DNA of 45,556 nt from Chiloscyllium plagiosum (lineage: Eukaryota): positions 33,884,399-33,929,954 of the forward strand of contig NC_057720.1 of the NCBI RefSeq assembly GCF_004010195.1. The letters run 5' to 3'. Shown here in pieces: positions 13,210-24,216 of the stretch. Each line of letters opens with the position of its first letter. Position 1 is the first letter of the stretch. The notes beneath the pieces were generated by a model. It made no database searches. It was not told the DNA's origin and saw only the letters and a program-made list of their open reading frames with translations. The translations under genes and the position numbers were made by a program.

Positions 13210-13545
13210 GACCATAAGACATAGAAGCGGAAGTAAGGCCATTCGGCCCATCGAGTCCACTCCGCCATTCAATCATGGCTGATGGGCATTTCAACTCCAC
13301 TTACCCGCATTCTCCCCGTAGCCCTTAATTCCTTGTGATTAGATCTCCCCTTAATCTTCTAAACTCCAATGAATACAATGCCAGGGTCCTCAGCCGTTCC
13401 TCATATGTTAGACCTACCATTCCAGGGATCATCCATGTGAATCTCCGCTGGACACGCTCCAGTGCCAGTATGTCCTTCCTGAGGTGTGGGGACCAAAACT
13501 GGACACAGTACTCCAAATGGGGCCTAACCAGAGCTTTATAAAGTG
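13210..13545 (-). mobile_element. Young CR1 LINE 3' fragment with internal deletion
   Basis: ORF 13325-13516 [31 protein letters not shown]…LRGDLI joined directly to the 3' tail. Confidence 0.9.
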
Positions 13546-13844
13546 ATCTCCATTAGCAGCTATTGATTCCTCCAGGCTGCCCTTTACACATTCCTTTGTT
13601 TGTCTGGGCTCCATCTGCACCTATCATTTACTCCTCCCCCTCCCAGCACCCCATATTCAGCATATATACTTACCTTTTACTGGCTACAATCAGTTCTAAG
13701 GGGTCACTGGACACGAAGCATTAACTCTGCTTACTCCCCACAGATACTATCGACTGATTGTGTTTTCCCAGCAATTTCTGTTGTTTTTACGCATTTACCT
13801 GTCAGGTTGATGTAGGGGGAGAAAAGTCTCATAACACTTTGTAA

Positions 13845-13985
13845 AAGTTATCCCTGGTGTCCCGAGTCTCATTTATCTCTCACTAACATTCTTGAAATAA
13901 ATTTTCTAGTCGTCATCACATGATTATCCATAGGACCTTGCTGTGAATGGATTGGCAGGCTTGCATCCTACATCAGCATTGGGGA
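13845..13985 (+). mobile_element. Deu-domain SINE (SacSINE1-like) fragment
   Basis: CCCTGGTGTCC…ATTTATCTCTCACTAACAT…GACCTTGCTGTG similar to 42160-42305 and the reverse of 44415-44770. Confidence 0.5.
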
Positions 13986-14002
13986 CAACTGCTGTTGTGA
14001 TA

Positions 14003-14195
14003 CCATAGTCTTACTAGACCATAGGGGCTGCTCTCTCATTAGAGAGAAGTGGCTGATGGTGACTTAACTTGAGGGCCACCAGACCTCAGGTGAGGGAAGA
14101 GGTTGAGTCCTTCATCCTAACCTCAAACCGGTGATGGGAATTGAACCCACGCTGTTGGCATCACACTGTAAACCAATGATCCAGCCAACTGAATG
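14003..14195 (-). mobile_element. tRNA-derived SINE (family A), near full length
   Basis: A and B boxes on the reverse strand; body homologous to 5505-5685. Confidence 0.8.
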
Positions 14196-14849
14196 AAACC
14201 AATTCCCGGGGCAACTGTTATTAAACTTCAAAACCATTTTTTTTGTGGGAAGCCAGATACACCTGAGGACGACTGGCTGGCAGCTTCTGTGGTTGGGCCG
14301 GGGTGCAGTGGGGAATGTGAGACTTTGATAGAGATTCAGCAGTCGGCTCTTGAGAGGTTGAATTGCCCTTTTCCCTCGCTGTTAGAGGTGTCTGTCACCC
14401 GAAGACAACTGGCCCCATGCACACTGACTGCTTCATCTCAGCCTATGTGACCAAAACGAAAAGATTGAAAATAAATTGCTGAACTACCTCATTTGGAAAT
14501 AAGCTTTGATCCTTCATGCCGAGCTGAGCTGACTTGTTTGGAAAGGATATATGGGAAAACTGACAATGAAGGAGAGAAAATCAAAACTTTAATCCATCTT
14601 TGCATCTCCAAATGACTGGTTGTGAATAAGCCTTGCTGCATGTTTTAAATGAGAGGCTGTGTGGCTTCCCTTTCAGCTGACTCATAGAAACGTTAAGTCA
14701 ATGTTGGAAGAAGTACAATAGTGATGTTTTCAATGCAATGTGCACCTTACTTAATTTCCATTTAAAGCTTAATGCTTTCTGAAGAGATCTATCTTTATAC
14801 ACACTGGCTTTTCCTTACATCCCTATTCCTTGCTATGAAGAGAGGTGAG

Positions 14850-15256
14850 TAGATGAGGATTATTTTCATTAGAAAGACTGAGGTTGAGGGGGGACCTGAT
14901 TGAGGTCTACAAAATCATGAGAGATATAGACAGGGTGGATGGCAAGAAGCTTTTTCCCAGAGTGGGGGACTCAATTACTAGAGGTCACAAGCTCACGAGA
15001 GGGGAAAGGTTTAGGGAAGAGTGTGGAAAGTTCTTTATACAGAGGGTAGTGGATGCTTGGAACGCGGAAGTGGTAGAGGCAGGCACGAGAGCATCACTTA
15101 AGATGCATCTAGGCAGATACATGAATGGGCGGGGAGCAAAGGGATACAGATCCTTGGAAAATAGGTGACAGGTTTAGATAAATGATCTGGATCGGCACAG
15201 GCTTGGAGGGCCAAAGGGCTGCTCCTGTGCTGTAATTTTCTTTGTTCTTTGTTCTT
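14850..15256 (+). mobile_element. CR1 LINE 3' end
   Basis: ORF 14884-15168 RGDLIEVYKIMR…TRGH…FFIQRVVDAWN; (TTTGTTC)n tail. Confidence 0.9.
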
Positions 15257-16263
15257 ATTCATGGATATAGTGGATCGAATGGTCTGCTTCCATGTATAGA
15301 TTTTATGGTTTTGTGTTTTTTTAAGCTTCATCTTTGATGTCATTTATAGGGAATTATTTACAAAATGCCTATATCTAAATTACTTCTGATCAAACTGGGT
15401 CACACAGTAAATTTGCAGATATCTGTCCTCATCACTTTTGGGATAAGGTAATAATCTAGTAACCATCCAAGTTTATAATTCACAAATGAAAAGATTTTTC
15501 CCTTGATCATCTGTGTAAGACATGCTGACAGTAGAATTCTTATATCTTAATTTGATATCTCCAGATAAGAAGAGTTGGAAAAGTGAATCCTCAGACTTAT
15601 TTTATGTGTTTTTATATCAAGGATTCACATCACCTTCAAGAGCAACAGAGGTGTAGCGTTACCATGCTGCACCTGATTACATTATTTTTGATCTGATGAG
15701 GTATTTTCTGCTTTCATTTTGTTGGCTACTATTGGGAAATGGGTAACTGGTTCTTTAAGTACTGCTATTCCAGGCTCTTGTCAATATGATTCAACCTATT
15801 AAATATCAGCAGCGGGACAATTACTTTTAAATGAGAACTGAATGGAAAGGGCAAAGTGAGCATTTTTCTAGTGCCTGCTTAATACCACTTAATTAAGCTC
15901 ATTATTCTCATCTTTTGTAGAACTGTCTCCCCAAGACAGTGTCAGAAGGAACAGTGAAAGACGCTGATAATTATTGCAGGAATGCGTTTGGTACCCAATA
16001 CATTATTGAGTCTTTTTTAGACCAGTAAATATGTCCATCAAAAATTGAATGGATGTCTAGTAGCCAGTTGTCTTCATAATAATAAATTGAAATGTAAATC
16101 TTACCATTTATTAATCATCAAATTGAGTCGGTCTCTTTAGCTAGAATATCGGATGACTAGCAGAAACAATGGACTTACATTGATAAGCCTTGGTTTAATT
16201 CAAACTCATGACATAAGGGAATAGATTACATTTTGAATTCACAAATTTACATTTTGATTATCC

Positions 16264-16748
16264 ACAAATAACTCCACAGAAGCTAAAATCCCCTCACCAA
16301 GACACCTGTTATTTAAATGTGTGTAGTACTTGACATTAGTCTGGCTTCCTCTGAGCCAGCTCTCCGAGTGAACAGAACTTCTGACGCTCCTTTTTTTTAA
16401 CTTTTATTAAACAATTACAAAACACAGTTTACAAAAAGCAGTTAACATTTACAGCTGTATGGAACACCAATTTTACAAGGGAGAGGAGCAGCAAAGCCAG
16501 GCCCCCAACCCTACCGTTCAACCAGTTTACAGAGAAATGAGGACAAACCCCAAATCCCAGTTTCAAGCATGACGACAACAACAATGACATTTGTACATAA
16601 AAAGACAATCCAGTTACATAAAAAAAAACAGTGACACCCCTGTTTATATCTGTCAGTCAGGGCTCCCTGATTGAACAGATTAACAGCCTCAATCAGGAAA
16701 CTCCTACTCTATGAGGCCCACCTAGCTAACCTTGTTACAGTCATGACA
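16264..16748 (-). mobile_element. Solo LTR (Gypsy-like, variant 1) interrupted beside its TATA box
   Basis: Homologous to 28374-28507 and 29101-29202; minus strand starts TGTCATG, contains CAATCAGGGAG and GATATAAACAGG; 3' terminus is degenerate. Confidence 0.8.
16391..16631 (-). mobile_element. 5'-truncated poly(A) non-LTR retroelement 3' UTR (L1/Tx1-like) inserted in the LTR
   Basis: Poly(T) 16391-16398, AATAAA (reverse complement of 16403-16408), flanking near-direct repeats TGACGCTCC (16382-16390) and TGACACCCC (16632-16640). Confidence 0.75.
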
Positions 16749-16843
16749 GACTTTCTGTAAAGCATCAGCTTTCAGTGAAGAGATTATAATCAACTCTTTC
16801 GTCCACTGTGCTAGTCTGAACATTTCATGACTGGACCTATCAT

Positions 16844-17766
16844 TCTAACCATCCCTTTGTACTTATCTTTCTTGCATACCTATCAGTCTACAGCTTCTTT
16901 CTGCATTGTAATTGAAAATAGAATCTCATGCAGCAATCTATATGAAAAGATTCTTGCAGTTTTAAGGAAGAAAACTTTTTCTTCCCTTATTAAGACCTTA
17001 TCTTGCTTTCTCTGCAGCATAATTAGAGTTATATGTCTACTTTCTTATACAGGTAGAGCAGTTACAGAAGGAAGAGGAAATACTGAGAGGTAAGGAGAAG
17101 GTTGTGTCGATAGCTTTTCACCACAGTCTCCAGACCATATTGTTCTCTCAGCGAGGCCTCAAAGGAGATCTGTTTCAGAGGGTAATGATTCAATAAAGGA
17201 ACAAAGAAGGAATTCTAGCAAGAACATTTTACTAGCTGAAACAATATATTATGAAAGATCTGATATTGGTGTACATGCTCACTGTGTTTTGAAAGATTGT
17301 AAAGTTTATATTTCAGTTCATTTTCAATTCATTTGAAAAATCCATCCATAAAAGTTATGAAAACAGAAAATGCTGGAGAAACTCATCAGGCCTGATAGAA
17401 ATTGTCGAGAGAGGGTTTTACTGCCAGAAATGCTCCCCTTTTGCCCGAAATGTCGACTCTCTTGCTCCTTGGATGCTGCCTGACCTGCTGTGCTTTTCCA
17501 ACACCTTACTCTCTAATCTCCAGCATCTGCAGTCCTCACTTTCTCCCCATGCTGAATTTATCCAGCATTTTCTCTTTTAATCTTAGAACCATCCACAGTA
17601 TTTTGCTTTTATTTGACCATTCGTAAAGATTTTGAATATAATGAAGCATTGACACTCTAACCATCCTTTTGTACTTTATCTTTCTTGCATACCTATCTGC
17701 CCTCAGCTCCTTTCTGCATTGTTATTGAAAATAGAATCTCATGCAAAAATCTATCTGAAAGATTCT
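16844..17766 (+). repeat. ~111-bp imperfect direct repeat pair (16844-16954 and 17656-17766)
   Basis: Both read TCTAACCATCC…TATCTTTCTTGCATACCTATC…TTTCTGCATTGT.ATTGAAAATAGAATCTCATGCA…GATTCT. Confidence 0.9.
17358..17612. mobile_element. Nested short Penelope pLTR fragments in both orientations
   Basis: GCCCGAAATGTCGACTCT…GATGCTGCCTGACCTG at 17440-17548, flanked by inverted AAAATGCTGGA / TCCAGCATTTT. Confidence 0.6.
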
Positions 17767-17894
17767 CAAATTCTTACTTCCGCTAGTTTTGAAATCCGGT
17801 AGGAAAATTAATTCTGATGCCTTTGGAACCTGTAGAGATTTCAAAACACTAGCAATTGATGTACTGAGAAAATCTTACAGAAACTTTTTTTTTA

Positions 17895-18225
17895 TTATTC
17901 ACTTGATGAGGTTGTCACCAGCCTTTACTGTCCATCTCTAATTGCCCAGAGGGCAGTTAAGAGTCAACCACATTGTTGTGGGTCTGGAATTACATGCGGC
18001 CAAACCAGGTAAGGTAAGCAGATTTCCTTCCCAAAAGGGCATTAGGGAACCAGATGGGTTTTTCTTGACAATCAGTAATGGTTTCATGCTTATCATTAGA
18101 CTCTTAATTTCAGATTTTCTTTTTTGAATTCACATTCCACTATGGTAGGAATTGAACTTTGGTCCTCAGAAAACTACATATCTCTGAATTAACAGTCCAG
18201 TTATAATATCATTATGCCGTCACCT
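17895..18225 (-). mobile_element. tRNA-derived SINE (family B)
   Basis: Reverse-strand homology to 19270-19475 (GTTAAGAGTCAACCACATTG) and 9687-10035. Confidence 0.7.
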
Positions 18226-18280
18226 CTTTAAAAAAAACACAGCCTTGCTTGTGCATTGCAATGCACAGATTTACCACATG

Positions 18281-18352
18281 CTCCATTGTGGGGAATTGAG
18301 CCCTGGCCTCCCACATGTCAGACAGGGATACTAATCATATCCTGATACTGAG
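18281..18352 (-). pseudogene. tRNA-Asp-derived pseudogene (CpG-decayed)
   Basis: Reverse complement …GTATCCCTGTCTGACATGTGGGAGGCCAGGGCTCAATTCCCCACAATGGAG aligns to vertebrate tRNA-Asp GTATCCCCGCCTGTCACGCGGGAGACCGGGGTTCGATTCCCCGACGGGGAG; stems and anticodon are broken. Confidence 0.65.
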
Positions 18353-19269
18353 CTGCTAACATGCAAGAGTATATTTCATTTAAGCAAATTCTTTAATTGC
18401 ACTACCTATGAAGTGATGAGTGAAAGCTCAGGAAATTAATATTATCCACAGTATTAGGCTTTTTGTGTGTCTGAATGTTACAAGGGGAAGATATTCAAAA
18501 GGCACTCAAGGACAATCTAGATCCTTTTAGTTATATTGCTATCAAATATGTATTCTTCTTTATTATGCTGCACCTGTTGTTTGAAATTTCTGTAGCTAAA
18601 CATGTATTCTGGTAAAATCCAGACAGCAATTTAAAGGAAATGTTAAGCTTGGGCACTGAGTGGAAGCTGAGGCAAGGGAATTTAGCTCAGTGGTGCTGTG
18701 AGATTAATTATAGTTTACTCAAGCAATAAAGACCCATGTAATGACCTTGTTTGTTTTGTATCATTAATAACCACAGCCAGGTATTGTAGTGCAACTGAAT
18801 TCGATTGATTGTAAAATTATAAAGAAATTGATTTCAGGGTTATGTACTTTATACAGAGTCCTTTTACTTTAGCTTGAACTACAGTGAAGAGAAAAAGGGG
18901 TTTCACATTTTCTAATTATTCATCAGGAGTCTTGAGGATTTGCCAAACAAATGGAATGCACTCTTTCAAATATTGCCTGTGTTGGGGGAAAATATAAGGT
19001 TTTTTAAAACCTACTTCCTTAATTCCACCACAAAGACATTTCACCTGCATTCTCCTACTGAAAAAAGCAGCAATTCTTTTTAAAGCCAACTAAATATTTG
19101 CTGCATCATTTTTAATTGGGAACATGGAGCATAGTCAATGTGGCCATATTTCTATTTCAAATCCACCTGAAATAATTATTATGACAATATGAGTAAAGAT
19201 AAGTGTTGCTGCAATTTGTCTGTGAGGCAAATACCATGTTGAAATGTAGATTTAAGTAAAATGGGAGCA

Positions 19270-19475
19270 TACGTTCATGAATCCATTGTCGACTGTCGGA
19301 AAAATCCATCTAGTTTACTAATGTCCTTTAGAGAAGGAGACTTACTTGGTGTGGCCTACATGTTACTCCAGACCCACAGCAATGTGGTCAACTCTTAACT
19401 GCTCTCTGGGCAATTAAGGATGGGTAATAAATGCTGCTGAGCCAGTGGTGCCCTCATTCTGTGAATGAATAAAGA
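19270..19475 (+). mobile_element. SINE family B 3' half
   Basis: CTCCAGACCCACAGCAATGTGG…GGGTAATAAATGCTG…GAATGAATAAA. Confidence 0.7.
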
Positions 19476-19484
19476 GAGAGAAAA

Positions 19485-20455
19485 AATGTAGGTCATTCGG
19501 CCCATCGGGCCTGTTCCACCATTCGGCACAACCATGGGTAATCCTCTATCCCAGTGCCACTCTCCCACTCTGTCCCCATACCCCTTAACACTTTTAGCCT
19601 CTAGAAATCTGTTTCTTCCTTAAACATATTCAGTGACATGGCATTCACAGCTTTATAAGGTGGAGAATTCTACGGTTCTCTACCCTTGAATGAAAAATGC
19701 TTCCTTACCTCAGCCAAAACGGCCTACTACATATTCTGATGTTGTGGCACCTTGTTCTGCACCCTGGAACCCCCACCCCATCTCTGCCAGAGGCACCATT
19801 ACCACTGCATCCAGCCATCTCAGAACTTTGTTTCACTGCAACCAACTCTCATTCATCTATATTCCAATGAATGCAGGCCTAATCAACTTAACCTCTCCTC
19901 GTATAGAAAAGTTATCCGCCAAGGAATCAGCCTGGTGAACCTTTGCTGCTCTCCCTTGAAGGCAAGTATATATTTTTTAGGCAAGGAGACCAAAACTGTA
20001 CAAAATACTCAAGGTATTGTCTCACCAAAGCCCCGTACATCTGCAGAAAGGCTTCTTTGCTCATGTACGCAAACCTTCCTTGCAATGAAGGCCATCATTT
20101 GCCTTCCTAACTGATTGTTGGACCTGAATGCTTGCTTTCAGTGACTGGAACCCAGGTTCCATGTATGTCATCAATTCCAGATCCATCACCATTTTAATAG
20201 CACACTGTCATTCTGCTGTCTTAGCGAACTGGACAATATCACGCTTACCTATGTTATACTGCATCTGCCATGTATTTGTTCACTCCATTAGCTTGTCTTA
20301 AAACTTCTTCATGTCCTCCAAACCATTTGGAATCCTACCTGGTTTTGTGTTGTCAGCAAAATTGCAGTTAATTCCCTCATCCAGATCCTGGGTATATATT
20401 GTGAATAGCTGGACCCCGAGCACTGGTCCCTGTGTTTATCCATTTGTCACTACAT
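19485..20455 (-). mobile_element. Old CR1 LINE 3' portion
   Basis: 3' tail (GTCATTCGGCCCATC…GTTCCACCATTC) and reverse FADNTK RT motif at ~20345-20360. Confidence 0.75.
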
Positions 20456-20561
20456 CATGGAAGCCTGTTTTTGCATCCCATTTTCTATCTGTCGAGGCAT
20501 CCTTTTTGTGTATTTGTTTTATACAATTGCTGCCATATGTGCTCAGCTGTGCCCAAGTCTT

Positions 20562-20667
20562 CCTCATTCCTCATTCCTGAAGAAGGGCTCATGCCCAAAA
20601 CGTCAACTCTCCTGCTTCTTGGATGCTGCCTGACCTGCTGCACTTTTCCAGCAACATATTTTCAGCT
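20562..20667 (+). mobile_element. Mini Penelope pLTR insertion with 19-bp target-site duplication
   Basis: TCAGCTGTGCCCAAGTCTT at 20543-20561 and 20662-20680; interior is the hammerhead-bearing terminus (GAAA mutated to AAAA). Confidence 0.88.
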
Positions 20668-21387
20668 GTGCCCAAGTCTTGTAAATTAGAACAGAAGTTA
20701 GAACTGTAGGAGGATGAAGACAGAAAGGAAGCTAGATTGGAGGCTGTTAGACAAATATCGTCCAACAACACTTGTCCACCAGGTTCTACTGGCCAAAGAT
20801 ATCTCTATTCAGCATTCCCACACTACAAGACGGACAAAGGAAAAAATGAAGACAGGAGAGAAAAAGAATGAGCTGTCAGGGCAGGTGAACACAATGGCTG
20901 GCCACCAGTCAGGAGGAATTCCTGGCTGTAACATCCTAAAGAGAGTGCACTGATATATGCAGGGATTTGTTTGTCATTTGTCCCCCAAATAGACATCAAA
21001 GTGAGAAAGCAGATTCTTTGCCTTCTGTTGTTTTCTCCATGTTATAACATGGAATTCCTCATATTTCTAGAATTCTGAGTGGATTCTATTGCTCTCTGTG
21101 CTATTATTGACTTTGCCAATGGGTTTGTGTGTTTGCTATTTAGTAAACAGAATTTATAACTTTGTTGTGGAAAACATCACTGCTTGTTCATTGCTTTCTC
21201 AGTTAAAATAATTGATTTTGCAACAGTTCAGTCTAACTAATGTGGATGTTCCTTAATGGGAGCTATCTAAAGGTACTTGCTTTTATTGTGCTAAACTTCT
21301 ATTTCTTAAATTGCTTCTTGTTCAAATATAGTACAGTTCCTTTGAGAAACTGCAGCCTAATAAATGAAATCTTCCCATTCTTTCACT

Positions 21388-21632
21388 TCAATGGTCCCAA
21401 GAGGATGGACCCTCGCGCAATTTTTTGGTATCCACTGAATACGAGTTGATGACAAAGGCCGTCTCTACTTTCTTGACTCTTTCTAACCCCTTCCGAAAGT
21501 TGTAACGCTCATCAAGCCACAGATTTGGATTGTTTGGTTTACTGAGTAGAAATTGCAGTCCTGTCGACCAGTACACAGATTTTGGCAGCTGGGGGTGGTT
21601 CTGAATTGTGCCAAAGTTGTAATGCAGTGGAT
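21388..21632 (-). CDS. Candidate terminal coding exon of an unidentified host gene: (D)PLHYNFGTIQNHPQLPKSVYWSTGLQFLLSKPNNPNLWLDERYNFRKGLERVKKVETAFVINSYSVDTKKLREGPSSWDH*
   Basis: Non-repetitive sequence; pyrimidine-rich acceptor CTCCCTCCAG (phase 1); open for ~81 codons to TGA at 21388-21390; AATAAA ~100 nt downstream (reverse complement of 21282-21287); retains several CpGs. No homolog recognised. Confidence 0.45.
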
Positions 21633-21963
21633 CTGGAGGGAGTGCTCAGTGCTGACATTACATGGCAAGAAGAAGGAAAATTTTTCACTTCTCAATTGAT
21701 GAATGCATTTGTGTTTAATCCCCATTGTGTACTGTATATGTGATAATTATCAGCTGGCCAGGATTGTCAACTGTAGGCACATTCCTGTCCTTCACATCGT
21801 TTTCTGCATTCAGACCTGGCAAGATTTTCTTACAGTCTGTACAATAGAGGCAGTACTGGAGGCTGAACAAGCAGATTATTGTGGCTGTCAGCAATTGGAA
21901 CTTGTTCAATACAATATGCATATTTTATCTTGTCTACAGCCAATTATCTTGACCGGGTCCACT

Positions 21964-22705
21964 CAGGACTTATACACTTAACAGTAAGGTCCTAGGGAGT
22001 GTTGCTGAACAAAGAGGCCTTGGAGTGCAGGTTCATAGTTCCTTGAAAGTAGAGTCGCAGGTAGATAGGATAGTGAAGAAGACATTTGGTATGCTTTCTT
22101 TTATTGGTCAGAGCATTGAGTACAGGAGTTGGGAGGTGATGTTGTGGTTGTATGGGACATTGGTTAGACCGCTTTTGCGTGCAATTCTGGTCTCCCTATT
22201 GGAAGAATGTTGTGAAACCTGAAAGAGTTCAAAAAAGATTTACAAGGATGTTGCCAGGGTTGGAGGATTTGAGCTATAGGGAGAGGCTGAATAGGCTGGG
22301 GCTGTTTTCCCTGGAGCGTTGGAGGCTGAGGGCTGACCTTATAGAGGTTTATAAAATCATGAGGGGCATAGATAGGATAAACAGACAAGGTATTTTCCCG
22401 GGGATGGGGATTCTGAGAGAACTAGAGGGCATAGGTTTAGGGTGAGAGGGGGAAGATATAAAAGTGACCTAAGGGGCAACATTTTCACAGAAGGTAGTAC
22501 GTGTATGGAATGAGCTGCCAGAGGAAGTGGTGGAGGCTGGTACAATTACAACATTTAAACAGCATCTGAATGGGTACATGAATAGGAGGGGTTTGGAGGG
22601 ATATGGGCAAGTGCTGAGACTAGATTAGGTTAGGATATTTGGTCAGCATGGACAAATTGGACCACAAGGTCTATTTCCATGCTGTACATCTATGACCCTG
22701 TGACT
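21964..22705 (+). mobile_element. CR1 (HER1-like) LINE 3' portion
   Basis: CVQFWSPYWKNVVKPERVQKRFTRMLPGLEDLSYRERL…DLIEVYKIMRG; tail CATGCTGTACATCTATGAC. Confidence 0.93.
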
Positions 22706-23039
22706 AGAAATGACAGTCATTGAAAAGCTTGAGATCAGTCAGAGTTACCAGATCTCCCTCTCCCAGCTTAAGTAACAGATTTGTGTTTATTTCTCCACAG
22801 TATCAACAGTCAATCACAGCAAATTATCAGGATTAAATAAAATGTATGCACAATTTATTCCTGTCCATTTTTTCTGGAGCCAGTGCATGATTTAATGACA
22901 ATTTCTATATTTGAGCAATCTGAACCTCTGGGTGATGATTTAGAGTGGGCATTCAACCCCTCAAACCATCATCTTCATGGGTCGGCCAGGGTTGGATTAT
23001 TCAACTAAAAGAAGTCTTTGGATGAATATCAGCCCATGC

Positions 23040-23188
23040 TTTATGAGGTGATGTATTGACATGGTTAGAAGATTGTCCAATAGCTAGGAAACAGGATGGG
23101 TCTTTTTCTGGTTGGCAAGGTGTTACATTCAGTATGCCATATGGCTTACGCTGGGGCCTCAACCTTTTTACAATTAAACCAATGACTT
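23040..23188 (+). mobile_element. Degenerate CR1 RT fragment
   Basis: ACATGGTTAGAAGATTG…AGGAAACAG…TTTTCTGGTTGGCAA…CTGGGGCCTCAAC resembles WIE.WL..RKQ…SGWQ…LGPQLF. Confidence 0.55.
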
Positions 23189-23330
23189 AGAATTAGAATT
23201 AGGTTTATTGTCACGTGTCCTCAAGCACAGAAACAAAAGGTTTATACTGTCACCCTTCATGGTGCGAGCTCAGGAACAAAGTAGCTAGATATAAATAAAT
23301 CTGAGATACAACAGAGAAATAAAGAAAAAG
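23187..23330 (-). mobile_element. LINE/SINE 3' end with (TTCTAA)n tail
   Basis: TTAGAATTAGAATTAGGTTTATTGTCACGTG is the reverse of the tail at 27260-27280 and 27612-27630. Confidence 0.55.
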
Positions 23331-23568
23331 AAGTTAAATAACCTAGCAGTGATTTGTAGTATAAGTTAGAAAATAACTTTTCATGAAGATAAAAGGATAA
23401 ATACTACAGTCAGACAAAACAACTACAGATAAACATTACACTGCAGTAGATCAGCTCCGACTGGGCTCACGAGCTGGTGACTGCCCACACCGGTCCCCAG
23501 TCCCACAACTGTCCCCACTCTGCTCCCCAAGCCCACTCCCACAGCCCTCGCCGCTCCCCCAGCCTGCC

Positions 23569-24068
23569 NNNNNNNNNNNNNNNNNNNNNNNNNNNNNNNN
23601 NNNNNNNNNNNNNNNNNNNNNNNNNNNNNNNNNNNNNNNNNNNNNNNNNNNNNNNNNNNNNNNNNNNNNNNNNNNNNNNNNNNNNNNNNNNNNNNNNNNN
23701 NNNNNNNNNNNNNNNNNNNNNNNNNNNNNNNNNNNNNNNNNNNNNNNNNNNNNNNNNNNNNNNNNNNNNNNNNNNNNNNNNNNNNNNNNNNNNNNNNNNN
23801 NNNNNNNNNNNNNNNNNNNNNNNNNNNNNNNNNNNNNNNNNNNNNNNNNNNNNNNNNNNNNNNNNNNNNNNNNNNNNNNNNNNNNNNNNNNNNNNNNNNN
23901 NNNNNNNNNNNNNNNNNNNNNNNNNNNNNNNNNNNNNNNNNNNNNNNNNNNNNNNNNNNNNNNNNNNNNNNNNNNNNNNNNNNNNNNNNNNNNNNNNNNN
24001 NNNNNNNNNNNNNNNNNNNNNNNNNNNNNNNNNNNNNNNNNNNNNNNNNNNNNNNNNNNNNNNNNNNN
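23569..24068. other. Assembly gap (500 N)
   Basis: Run of N, flanked by C-rich repeats on both sides. Confidence 1.
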
Positions 24069-24070
24069 TA

Positions 24071-24216
24071 CAGCCCCACTCCCTTTCTCCAGCCCACTCC
24101 CTTTCTCCAGCCCACTCCCTTCCTCCAGCCCACTCCCTTCCTCCAGCCCACTCCCCTTCTCCAGCCCACTCCCCTTCTCCATCCTACTTCCCTCCTCCAT
24201 CCCCACTCCGCTCCTC
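24071..24216 (+). repeat. ~19-bp C-rich minisatellite (CCAGCCCACTCCCTTYCT-like unit, ~7 copies)
   Basis: Direct tandem units; the same unit recurs at 25168-25240 inside a Penelope pLTR. Confidence 0.9.

Larger units (their letters stand above)
12325..13790 (+). mobile_element. Old Penelope-like element 3' half (GIY-YIG and pLTR), interrupted by a Penelope pLTR and a CR1
   Basis: PCNR…CNTCPF…VQGP, VACHFNTPPCSLANISVTGLLQCSSEAQYKLEE; degenerate hammerhead ~13693-13725. Confidence 0.75.

Noticed and set aside
18250..18267. Perfect 18-bp palindrome TGTGCATTGCAATGCACA
   Set aside because: One such palindrome in 45 kb is not unexpected by chance, and there is no supporting context.
18281..18352. 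Functional tRNA-Asp gene
   Set aside because: Anticodon and stems are disrupted; kept only as a pseudogene.
20714..20953. 79-aa plus-strand ORF as terminal exon of the putative plus-strand gene
   Set aside because: Phase-compatible, but the acceptor lacks a polypyrimidine tract and the peptide is unrecognised.
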